Shown here: one piece after another, positions 53,287 to 64,000 of the stretch
How the letters are laid out: each line of letters opens with the position of its first letter
Position numbering within the stretch: the first letter of the stretch is position 1
Assembly (NCBI GenBank): GCA_030390025.1
Contig: CM059448.1
Coordinates: forward strand, 22,258,001-22,322,000
Reading direction: 5' to 3'
DNA length: 64,000 nucleotides
Source: Squalus acanthias
Taxonomy: Eukaryota
The notes under the pieces: model-generated
Databases searched by the model: none
Told to the model about the DNA's origin: nothing
The model's input: the letters and a program-made list of their open reading frames with translations, nothing else
Translations under genes and position numbers: made by a program

Positions 53287-54112
53287 ACAGAGAAAAGAGT
53301 CAGGTTTATGTTAATGTATTGCCAAGGCAATATTCAACTGCAATCAAGCCACAACTGCCAGAGCAGTATACAGAACCTTATTAATTGGTAAGAAAAGTTT
53401 ATATTTTATGTATTGAAATAACTCCAAAAGGTAATTTATTTCAGACCTTAGAACTAATATAAGGCCAGAAGGAGCTGCATCACCCGTAGATGCACCAGCC
53501 AATTTGTTGGCTCATTGCAAGTATTTCTGGCAGACTCGCATATGCACATCTGACTAGTCTATTAGCGTGAGTCTCCAAAAGAGACTCACAATAAAAAGGA
53601 TATCCAGCTTCATAAATTATACCTTTTGAAGAAACAATTAAAACATTGTTCCTTTTCCATTTATTACAGCGAGATGCAGGATACAATGCAATAAATAAAT
53701 ATTAATGTTTAAGAAAAAGGGAATCTTAGGCGCACTCAATTCCAGCTTTACGAGAAGCGTATTTAACAGGGAAGCACAACATCATCTTCTGTTAAATTGG
53801 GGTCAGTACCTTAAAGCAGTTGCTCTGTTGAAATATGTGATGAAATTACCAATGAACAAATAGGGAAATGTACCACACAGGAAACAAAAAATGGTGCTGC
53901 ATAAATTACATGCCTTTACATTGCAAATTATTTCCAGCAATCATATTGCAAAAATCTACCAATGACAAATGTGGTCTAAACACACACTAGGAAAGTAATT
54001 GGGGCCGTCATCTGTTGTACATACAAGCACTTCCACCGCTAACATGTTGACTGAAATAAAGTGTGCTAATTCAATAATATGCAACATCATTTTTAACATG
54101 GCCTTTTGTTAT

Positions 54113-54199
54113 ATCTTGCATTATTTCATTCCTGCATTGTAAAATAAGAAATCATGTTGTGATTTCTTATTTCACAATGCAGGAATGAAATAACAAGAT
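54113..54199. repeat. Near-perfect AT-rich inverted repeat (34-bp arms, 5-nt loop)
   Basis: 54121-54154 pairs with 54160-54193 at 33 of 34 positions; outer atcttg / caagat extends the stem. Confidence 0.92.
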
Positions 54200-54454
54200 T
54201 CCCTCAATACTAATGATAGAATTACAGATGAAGTTCAATTAATATATGCCAAATTTTAAAGAGGAGGAGAGTCTGAATGTAACATAAATTGTTCTTTCAA
54301 TCTGGATAATAGTTAGCTGGTGGCTCTATTTGAAGCAATCACTGATTTAGTTGCATGACTTAGAAGGTGAATAAGTGGAAAACCTTTAATGAAACCTTAG
54401 TATAAATATTTATTTAGTGTGCCAGTTTTTCTGTCCTCCTCTTCCAAAGACACA

Positions 54455-54628
54455 GGGGGTAATTGAATCATCAGGTTGGGTGCAGGTGGAAACCCAGCAG
54501 TTGCAGATTGGCCGCCCAGTGAACACCCCTCCCGGTATTCATTTCCATTGAAGTCCTCTGCAGAAACAGGCGGCCAAACCATAACTGTCAGTTCCCCCCA
54601 CCCCGCACCTGAACTGAACATTACCCCC
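54455..54628. mobile_element. Small MITE nested in a SINE
   Basis: TIR gggggtaat / attaccccc; flanks ACA / ACT. Confidence 0.7.
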
Positions 54629-54774
54629 ACTGACTCATGGTGGGCTTTGGTTCCACAGTCACTTGGTGCCCTCCAGTACCTTGCTTAAGTGACCAACCTT
54701 CTTGTGTCAAATTTGGAAAGCAAGTGCCAGGAAGCTATTGAGTCACGGCAGGCCCGGCAACCAAGTCTGATCCT

Positions 54775-55000
54775 CTTCGAATGTGGAATTTGCTACCACA
54801 AAGAGCAGTTGAGGTGACTAGCATAGATGCATTTAAGTGGAAGCTAGATAAACACGTGGGAGAAAGCAATAGAGAGACATGTTGATGGGGTTAGATGAAG
54901 AAGGGTGGAGGGAGGCTTCTGTGGAGCATAAACACCAGCATGAACCTGTTGGGTTGAATGGCCAATTTCTGTGCTGTAACTACGATGTTAGATTATGTAA
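54775..55000 (+). mobile_element. CR1 3' tail (family of 8633-9172) nested in a SINE
   Basis: gaatgtggaatttgctaccaca...gcatttaag.ggaagctagataaacac...gagcataaacaccagcatg. Confidence 0.8.
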
Positions 55001-56115
55001 GACTATTTCCCATGGACACAATTTAGTAACATTTTTTAATATTGGTAATGCCTAGAGATATTGTCCAACATCTGCACATGCACATTTTCTAGCATGGGTC
55101 ACTGGATTCTGATCAGAATTAGGAACCCCGACTGATTCTTCCCCTCCATAGCGCAGGGCCACTAAGGCAAATTGTAGTATCTGAACTGCAACCCCAGCTG
55201 TCAATATAGAACAGAGATTGAACTTGGGCCTTTTCTGGTGTGTAAGCTATATTAGTCATAAAACTAAATTAGATTCAGGACAGTAAATTTTTGATCCACT
55301 AAATGTCAGAATTTAAAAGAGTTGAAAATTTTTCGTGTTGCAGGTATGACAACAAAATATTCTTTATTATGCTACTTACTGAAGCTAGAAGTCAGTGACA
55401 ATAAATAAGAACTGGTATTGGGACATAATTTACATATTTTGCTATTGGTAGATCATTGTGGCATCACAGAGACAGTAATCCTTGCCTGATACTGTCATAT
55501 CATCACTTGAAAATAGAACAGTATTAAATAGATTTGTTCTGATTGAAACTCAGTGGCATTTTTAATGAAACTAATATTCTAATTAAAACCGCAAAAATGC
55601 ACTAGAATAGTCATTAAGCCTGAGAATCCCTCTGTACACCTGACAATAAAGGAAACCGTTTCATGCCTATAAACTGAAGGATTCTGAATTTTTTTTTCTC
55701 ATTATTCTAGGAAGGCTGCTTATGACAGAAGTGTAGCTCCACCATACAAAATTTCTGCATTATAAATTTTGCATATGAAGCATTAGATAGACCAAAATAT
55801 TCTGAATTTAAAAAGAACTTCAGTTAATTTTTTTTTTCATTTGAAGAGTTCCTTTGTGTAAAATGAAGATAATGTACAAATATTGCCTAGGCATATCTAG
55901 ATTTCTATGTGAACTGCCTGGGCAGCTGGTTTCCTGGAGGGAATTCATTACACGTACTCACAAGTTAGTTGCCTCATGTCTTTGAATTCTTAAACACCTG
56001 CAAAACTTGCAGGTGCTTGTTGGCTACTTGGGGGGTTGTGCTTTGAACCAAGTCACTTATCTGCAAGCCAGGTGTCAAAAGAAACTCGCCACAAGGTTTT
56101 TTCTTCTTACTCTAT

Positions 56116-56282
56116 GGGGGCAATGTTAACCTGACCTGCCCATCAGGAAGCTGATGAGATCGGGTGCAACGCTGGTTTTACACCCCGCCCGATTTTACTC
56201 TCCATGAGGTCGAGGTGTAAATCCAGCGTTCCACCCCATCCCGTGGGTTTCCTGTCCAGCAAGTTAGGTTAAGATTGCCCCC
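56116..56282. mobile_element. Small fold-back MITE
   Basis: 24-bp TIR gggggcaatgttaacctgacctgc / gcaagttaggttaagattgccccc (3 mismatches); largely palindromic interior. Confidence 0.8.
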
Positions 56283-56990
56283 TCTGTATCTGAATGGGAA
56301 AAATGATCAACAATATGGTTGCCTGCCCAGTGGAAAAGAACTTCTTTGATCTTGGTTGATGGGGCTTTTATTGGAATGGTCTAAGTGTTACTGGTTTCCC
56401 CCATTCTCCAGTTCCCTGTTTATTGACCAGTTTCTACACTCCAGCAGTGGGAAGGGGCTCTGTTCAACAGAGGTGCCGACATTATGGTCATCAAACATTC
56501 ATAGAATTATACAGAATATACAGCGTAGAAACAGACCATTCGGTCCAACCAATCCATTCAGTCAAAGGATCTGAAAAGGACATTACTATTTTCAGAATAG
56601 TTTGGAGTATTGTGGAAGTCAAATATTGTATTGCTGTTTACTTGTAATATTTGTTTGTCTGCAATTATAGTTCTTGTAAGTACCTTTGACTACAAGTTCT
56701 AGCCTGAATGATACAGTCTAACGAAAAGTTAATGATTAGTCTCCAAGCCTGCTAGTCCCTTCACTTCATGCATACAATTGCACATTTCAGATCAAGGGAG
56801 CTGTAGGTCTGATAATGGAAACTGCCTTTTTGCTGCAGACATGAATGAGAAGTTCTGGAAGAAAGCCTAAATTGTAACACTGTTATTAAAAGGGGAGTGA
56901 CTGATAATTCATTCCACTATTTATGTCTGTTCGTGCAGAGAATGGACAATAACATATGATAAAAGCCCATATTCTTAGAACAAACATAAT

Positions 56991-57709
56991 GGGCCGGAGT
57001 TTGCTGATAAAGTAACGGTGTGCAAACGACGCACACTGTTATTAATGTGCAGATTGGCCAGCAACATGTGACGAGGAAGAGATACCCCATGAATTGCAAA
57101 TTGCCACAAGTTGCTGGACGATTTGCGCCGCTCCACCATCTTGCCCTTAACCTCCCCATGAGTTTCATGAAGTTGCTGCATTTGCACAATAATTCCCATT
57201 AAACTCACCACAAAAAGTTAAATTTAGTCATTAATGGCGTAAGTACCCTTTTAACGACGTGATAATTGCCAATGACTGCCGATCAACCTCTCTGGCCCGG
57301 AAAGTGAACAATTTAAACTTCAGGTAGTGCATTGTTGCTGGAGATTTAAAAAATGTCAAATTTGACATTGTATAAAATGTTTTCTTTCTTTTCCCTCTGT
57401 TTCTTTTTCTCTCTCTTAATCCATTCGTTCTTTCCCTCTCTATTTCTTTTTCTGTTTCTGATATGACATTGAATTTGCCCACTCTAATTTACCCTCCTTC
57501 TCAGCCCTTCCTCTGTTTATTTCTCAATCCTTAAACCGCATTGGTTAAGGATATAGACTGCTGTTCACTAAGGTCCCAGATGCCCTGTTGCCCTCGCCAC
57601 GCCATCATCAGCTCGCACTTCCATCAATTTACGGGGCCAAAAAATTTAGAACTGAAGGGTGCAGGAAAAAAATCTAACTAACTGGGCACGCTCCAGCAAA
57701 TTCCAGCCC
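56991..57709. mobile_element. Non-autonomous DNA transposon (PIF/Harbinger-like)
   Basis: 16-bp TIR gggccggagtttgctg / cagcaaattccagccc (2 mismatches); TSD AAT at 56988-56990 and 57710-57712. Confidence 0.88.
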
Positions 57710-58517
57710 AATAATAGTTACTGACAACTATTGGTTAGAATGACCCTTCCAACATATTGTTGCAGCAGGAGTGACAGCTTGGCAACATGGCTGACATTAA
57801 CATGCTTTGTAAGATGATCATGTGTAAAGCTTCCTTATAATGTGCAGCATTAAAATGTTAATGCTTCGTCCAGTGCACGTTATGCTGGAAGAGAGATAGG
57901 AAACAGAGCAATGCTGAATTTCTTGGAAGAAAGGAAGAACTTGCATCTACATGGCACCTTATCGCATCTCTTTGAAATGTCCATCAGCACATGTCTGCCT
58001 GAATCACACAGAGGGAACCTCAGTTTTAACAGGGTAGGTTTTGCCAAATGAGTGCTCCCAGCATATAGAGCCTTACCTGCTGGAGTGCGTATTGGGAATT
58101 TGTGTACATACTCCCCAATCTTTCGTCCTCAGAATTAACAATGCAAGAATCATGGCGGGGCACACACACAATTTCCTGGAGTCTGCATTTGTAAAGTTTA
58201 TTGTCATGTCTCATTGAAATGGCAGCATCTCTTACAATGCAGCAGTCCCTCACTATTGCATTGAAGTGCGAGCCCAATTCACTCTTATTACAACTTATGT
58301 ATACCAAACATGCTACTTTATTTGTTAGAGTTTCCCATGTGTTGGGGATAAGATTACAGCCAATGATTTTGAGTTCTAATCATAAATACAGGGATCTGTT
58401 TTCAATAAACAATAAATAGATTACATAATCATTATTGACCAAGAGGGTACTCTACAAGGCAATTTTATGTCTGAAGCAAACATACCTACTGCTATAAAGT
58501 ATTTTAAAATGGCATTA

Positions 58518-58710
58518 GCCCTGATTTTAACCCAACCCCCTTGGCGAGAACCAGGTGGGTTCGGATCAGATGCACGATTTAAATCCTGCCCGATTTTCGA
58601 CTCCATTGAAGTCAATGGATCATAAGATTGGTGGGGCGGGGGGCTGTAAATTGGACATCCGACTTGAAACTGCCCCAAACGCACTGGGTGGGATAGGTTA
58701 AAATTGGGGC
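58518..58710. mobile_element. Small fold-back MITE
   Basis: TIR gccctgattttaacc / ggttaaaattggggc, TTA on both flanks (58515-58517, 58711-58713), central palindrome tccattgaagtcaatgga. Confidence 0.8.
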
Positions 58711-59669
58711 TTATAGTCTTTCTCCTTGGGCGGCTAAAGTTTTATATTCCTTGTTATTAGTACTCATGTAGTACAGCTGATCCCATAATAAAATTGAGTG
58801 GTGGACACAGTTACTATGTGAAATATTTCTGTCAGTACAAATTTTATTCAGCTAATTTAATAAACCAGTGCCTGTTCAGCCAGAAGTGGTTCAGTACTGT
58901 TACAGAAAGACATTCATCTCCCGAAGTTCTGAGGCTGCAGGTTAGATTCATAGTGGAGTTTGACCTTCTAACCCATCTGTCACATGCAATACTTTTTGCC
59001 ATGCTACATATAGGATCCATATAATGCATGCTTTACAATACAGGGGAGCAGCAGGCAGTTTGGATATAATTGCTGCCCTGAATTTAATGATTGAAGTTTG
59101 CAGCTGGTTCAAGACTGTCGGTGGAAGATGTTGTTGCTGATGAGAAGAGCTGAGTACACATAGCTGCAGCACTTTTATAGTGCATTTTAATGGAGTACAA
59201 GCCTGTCTTACCATAGAAATGATGCTTTAATAGCCAGCCCACATTTAGCCAAGCATGTGGTTTGGCACCATTTGTTTCCATAAGTATCGGCGTGAGAGAC
59301 CTCAGAAGGGAGGGCTCCAATAAAAAGGCTGTAAAATGTAATGTGGAGGACCAAGGATTTCTTGTGCGCTTACTGCGAGTGTCCTGGCTGCTGTGTTTTC
59401 CTGCATACACAGAATAAGCTTTGTTTTTGCAGACGTCCAATAACACAAGTTTATTTTGGGTTTGTATACAATGTGTTGGACACTTATTTTGCATTCCATT
59501 AAACCTACCCATGCGAAGCTATGATGTCAGTGGCTAATGTGATCATGATGGTATGTTCCTAAGTTTTCACTTACTGAGTGTGATGATTAATTGCTGTGAT
59601 GTTTGCTTAGCAGCCTTTTTGTACTCAAATCAGAATGTTCTGCTGGTGGCTGAATATAGATATAAATCT

Positions 59670-59995
59670 AGGGGTAGAAATTGACATGTGTTGCACCTAA
59701 ATCGGGTGTAACGGATACCAATTTAATAGTGGGGCGGCCTGCGCCCAATCTCCACGGATGTTGCTCCGACTGCTTAAATTCGTGGGGAGCAAATCTTTAG
59801 GCGTCCCAGGTGGTCATCTGAAACAGGTGTTGAGCCTCTTAAATAGACCTTTCTTTAGCATAACATAACTTAACGACAGGTGGGTTTAAAAAGATTTTAT
59901 TAGAAACAAACCTTCCTGTGGAGCCAGGAGGAGCAGGAGTGCTCCCTCCGACTCCATAGTCTAGAGAATTGCCTGATCCAACCCCCCTCCCAGAC
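59670..59995. mobile_element. Truncated GC-rich MITE-like fragment
   Basis: Left end ggggtagaaattg; shares gtggagccaggaggagca with 51153-51170. Confidence 0.5.
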
Positions 59996-60224
59996 GATAC
60001 TTTAAAAATATCTAACTTTACAGGATTCAGTAAATCTAACCCCAGATACATCATATTAATTTGTGAACTGAAATGTTTTATAACATGCACCTACAATAAT
60101 CCCAAACAGTAGTGCAATGTACATTCGCAAGACAAAACTGGCTCACTATCGCATCTATCCCTGTCCTTGATCCCATGGCAGTCCAGCAGCAGGTGCCAAG
60201 TTAGATGAATTGCTGATTTAATTA

Positions 60225-60446
60225 ACAACAGAAAACGCTGGAAAAACTCAGCGGGCCAGGCAGCATCCGTGGAGAGAGAAACAGAGTTAACGTTTCAGGT
60301 CGAAGACCTCTCGGCAGACGAAAGGTCTTCGACCTGAAACGTTGACTCTCTTTCTCTCTCCGCGGATGCTGCCTGGCCTGCTGAGTTTTTCCAGCGTTTT
60401 CTGTTGTTATTTCGGATTTCCAGCATCCGCAGTATTTTGCTATCGT
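60225..60446. mobile_element. Young Penelope-derived fold-back insertion with hammerhead-like motif
   Basis: Inverted arms of about 87 bp (60222-60309 / 60323-60409) and exact 16-bp TSD ATTGCTGATTTAATTA at 60209-60224 and 60447-60462. Confidence 0.88.
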
Positions 60447-60644
60447 ATTGCTGATTTAATTATTTGAAATCAACAACTTTCATTTTTAATAGCTGCAGAA
60501 GCGATAAATATGAGTCGGTATCATTGAAAAAAAACCCTTAGAACTCAGTCCTGATGACCAGTCACACCAAAACATGAAACTGGCTTTTCTTCTTTCAGAT
60601 GCTGATCAAACCGCTGTGTGTTTCAAACACTTTCTAAAATATGA

Positions 60645-60830
60645 GACTAGAAATTACCGTTGCTGCCAATAGCAGATGAATGCTCAATGTGCTCGAAAGA
60701 CAACCCTCTGCTATTTTAATAGCTGAGTTAACCTATATAATGACCTTCATTAAAATAGCACGGGGAGGAAAAATCATTTGAATGTGCTAATCATTCTTCT
60801 GCTATTTATCAGCAACAGTCATTTCTGGTC
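60645..60830. mobile_element. Old fold-back MITE
   Basis: gactagaaattaccgttgctg..aatagcaga / tctgctattt..cagcaacagtcatttctggtc, with inner tgctattttaat / attaaaatagca. Confidence 0.7.
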
Positions 60831-62326
60831 GATAATGTTCTTCTGACTCAGTCAGAAAGACTTATTTTCTTCTGTGCGCACTGCAATCGTGAAAAAAAAA
60901 ACCTGAAATGTACGAAACGTGATTTGTAAGAAAGGGAAGGGCAGAATTTTATGCTGTTCGTTGGATCTAACTGGTTGTCTCCAGTCTGGGGTTTGCAGTC
61001 TATTCCTACTGGTTATTAATGTAACTCCTGACATTCCCCCGTGGATGTTGGCTACTCTGATGGGAATGATGCTGGCATTTCCCCCAGTTACCACACGGTA
61101 ACAAAGGGACCTCTATCAGGAGTGTGCAAACAAACTGAAAACTGCTTTCAAAAGTTATAGAGCATAACTAGCTGCCACAGCCCACCTACCAACAGTTTGC
61201 ATCATACATCACAGTTGTAGTAACATCCTAAATATGGGAAATTCAGTGTAATTTTTTTAATTAAGTAAAGCTGAAACACCACTCCTAATTTATTTCCAAC
61301 ACTGGCAGTTCCACAAGTGCAGTTAGAAAAATGCTTCAATAAAGCCACTTAGTATACACACAGCAGGAACATCCTCCTTATCTCAAAATCAGCTACAACT
61401 AGTCTTAAAGAAAATAAAGCTTCACATGTGACAACTGACAGGTTTGAGCTGTGCGAGAAAATTCCTTTGAGGAAATTTTTTTTTTTTAAAGCTGTATTTT
61501 GACAGCTTCCTTGTTATATAAACACTAAATAAACACATCTGTAATTACATCTCTCAGAAATCATCAGCTCATCTGAAAACACTCCTGCCTCAGGTGTGTG
61601 CAAATCTACCAGTGGGAGAAAGTGACACCTGTTTTTGGTTCTAACAACCTTCTTATTGCCTGCACCTTTCCCATCCTTCAATCAGAAGAGTGATGCGGAG
61701 GGCTGGGCAGAAGTTCTAAGGCCCATTTCTTCTAGATGTCTCTGAAAATGGGTCTCCTTTTACTTGTTCGGGGAGGAAAATGAGGCGGGAGAGCCATTAT
61801 TGCCCTCTCTGCCTCGGTAATATGGCTATGCCTTCTTGGAGTGTAACTGCTCTGCCCCGCACCTTGGTGAATCATCAGGGAATCCCTAGGTAATGTATAG
61901 AAAGCAGAGACGCAGCATAATGAGTCTCGGTCATTTAGTCCTCTGCTTTACATGCAGAAACCGAGCATTCCCAGGCACAAAGGGGAGGAAAAAAATTGGC
62001 TCTTCTGTTTTTATATTAATTTTGAATTTAAAATCTAAGCCTTGCTGGAAGAAATTGAGGTATCTTTTCCTTCATTTGTTCATATAAATGGAAAAAGTTG
62101 GTATGAGTATTATGCAAGTTTCTCAAGTCTGCTTTTTCACTATCTTTAGCAAATGGGGGAAACATCATACTTTGGGACTTTGATGGTCTTATGTAATGTT
62201 TCATACCCACTCGGAGATTTTTTTCCCCTCCAATTCACCTTTTGGTTTTTGTCTCCCTTTCCTTCAATCCTCTTCTGAAGATGGTGCCTTTTGGCGGGGT
62301 AGTGCTCCACAAACATTGGTGACCCC

Positions 62327-63107
62327 TGTAAGCCTTTCTCTTACTACTGTTCAGACTTCGAGAATTACGAATAAGCGTAGCAATGACAGACAAGTATGTG
62401 ATCAATAAAATTGGTCTTTATTCACACTATAGTTCAAAATTCAAGTGTACAATCACAATCAGTATGCGCCCAATTTACCCGTACATGCAAGTACTTCCCA
62501 GCAACTTACACGCTACCTCTGGGCGATTTATATTCCAAGTCAACCGTACATAAAAGTACCCTTTTAACAATATCTAAGCTCTATGTCCGACTTTCATACA
62601 TACTCCTTTATCTCTGGGTGATCGGTCCAGGGAGAGTTGCAAGTCGAAACATCGACTGGCCAGCTTTCTCTGTTCGTTTGTTCTTCCGCTCTGTCTCCTT
62701 TGTTCTGAATTTCCTGCCTCTGGGTCACTCTTATAGTGCCTTTCTGCCGGCCTCCCTCGTATATCACTGTCTGCCTTCCTCTGATAGGTCAGTTTCACTC
62801 CAAACCTTCCCTGATTGGAGTTCCTTCTGCATGACACGTTCATGTTCCTGTGAGGTGTGTGGGGGCGGGACTTCCTTGTCACTCATGGTCCTCCTTCCTG
62901 TCCATGTGGCCTCTCAAACAAAGGACCACATGCTGACCACCAGGCAAAGGACCCCCTGCTGACTTCCGCCATTTTGTGTCTTCACAAACAAAGAACACAT
63001 GCTGATTTCCTACATTTTGAATCCGTCTGTAACCATTTCACAATTCATTCTGAACTTCGATCTCCACACGGTAGCAATGATTTTATTACAATTTTTAGAA
63101 TCTTACA
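62327..63107 (-). mobile_element. Solo LTR (781 bp) of an ERV or Gypsy-type element, inserted in a SINE
   Basis: TGTAAG...CTTACA inverted ends; CCCC on both flanks (62323-62326, 63108-63111). On the minus strand, in U3-R-U5 order: GC box, CCAAT (62814-62818), TATA-like (62731-62736), AATAAA (62417-62422). The flanks rejoin into one SINE. Confidence 0.85.
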
Positions 63108-63560
63108 CCCCCAGTATTTCTCCTAAATGGCCATTCTTCACATGTGAGTCATGCTCTTTGACTATATAGGCCATCAGAGCTGATCTTGGTCTTGTCCACA
63201 CTGAAGGTGGTGATTTTTTTTTTTAGCAGCCTTTTTAGGTGAAAATATCAAATCCCGTTTCCTTGCTGGGGGCTTAAATAATATTGAAATCAAGACGCTC
63301 AATGCGTTTTAAGTTCATTTTCTTTTTTCATCCGTCAATTAATCTTTCTGTAGTTGCTTTTGAAAGAAACTTTTAACTCCATGGTGTTGCTAAAAGTCTA
63401 GTTCATTCCTTCGTGTGTCCCAAGAAGGCAAGGATACAGTAAAAGCCATCCCGCAATTTAATTTTGTATTTTAATCAGGGAATCCATTTGTAAGTTCATA
63501 TTTAATGTGAATATTTTATCATTATATATCGTCAGTAAATAGGTAAGAACCTTTTTTGAC

Positions 63561-64000
63561 ACAATAGTAAGGAAGGATATTAGCTCTGATGATGTGGAAT
63601 TTGTATGGGTAGAGCTGAGAAATACCATGGGGCAGAAAACGTTAGTGGGAGTTGTATACAGACCCCAAACAGTAATGCTGAGGTTGGGGATGGCATTAAA
63701 TGGGAAATTAGAGACACGTGCAATAAAGGCACAGCAGTTATCATGGCTGACTTTAATCTACATATAGATTGGGCTAACCAAATTAGTAACAATACTGTGG
63801 AGGAGGAATTCCTAGAGTGTATATGGGATGGTTTCCTGGACCAATATGTCGAGGAACCAACTAGAGATCAGGCCATCTTAGACTGGGTATTATGTAATGA
63901 GAAAGGATTAATTAGCAATCTTGTTGTGCGAGGCCCCTTGGGGAGGAGCGATCATAATATGATAGAATTCTTCATTAGGATGGAGAGTGAAGTAGTTGAC
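63561..64000 (+). mobile_element. CR1 LINE ORF2, apurinic endonuclease domain; continues beyond the window
   Basis: VEFVWVELRNTMGQKTLVGVVYRP, a 1-nt frameshift, then ...VIMADFNLHIDW...FLDQYVEEPTRDQAILDWVLCNE...LGRSDHNMIEF, open to base 64000. Confidence 0.93.

Noticed and set aside
62411-62962. 183-aa ORF
   Set aside because: Inside the solo LTR, non-ATG start, no gag/pol/env similarity visible.
63108-63125. Polypurine tract suggesting the LTR is the 3' LTR of a provirus
   Set aside because: The sequence beyond 63107 continues the SINE that also forms the left flank; the C-run is the TSD, so it is a solo LTR.

Overview
Vertebrate genomic DNA, very likely a cartilaginous fish (shark-type CR1/L2 LINEs, a DeuSINE/SacSINE1-like SINE, shark-type Penelope-derived hairpins). 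The only host gene I can support is the 5' part of DOC2B on the + strand. Coding exon 1 (11450-11765, N-terminal Munc13-interacting region) splices in frame to an 80-nt exon 2 (42414-42493, start of C2A) across a 30.6-kb intron; I could not find exon 3 in the window by eye. The rest is upstream and intronic DNA dense with transposable elements: CR1, L2 and RTE LINE fragments, several SINEs, a hAT MITE with an 8-bp TSD, a solo LTR with a 4-bp TSD, and a perfect 22-bp VNTR. Two element systems stand out. (1) A swarm of GC-rich, short-TIR elements with 3-bp TSDs, alongside a decayed spliced Myb/SANT (Harbinger ORF1-like) gene. One three-copy family carries an array of internal hairpins whose arms change together between copies, promoter motifs at both ends and stacked antisense splice donors. 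(2) Young fold-back retro-insertions with 16-bp TSDs and a minimal hammerhead-ribozyme-like motif. All family assignments come from sequence recognition, not database searches; repeat-fragment boundaries without a TSD are approximate.
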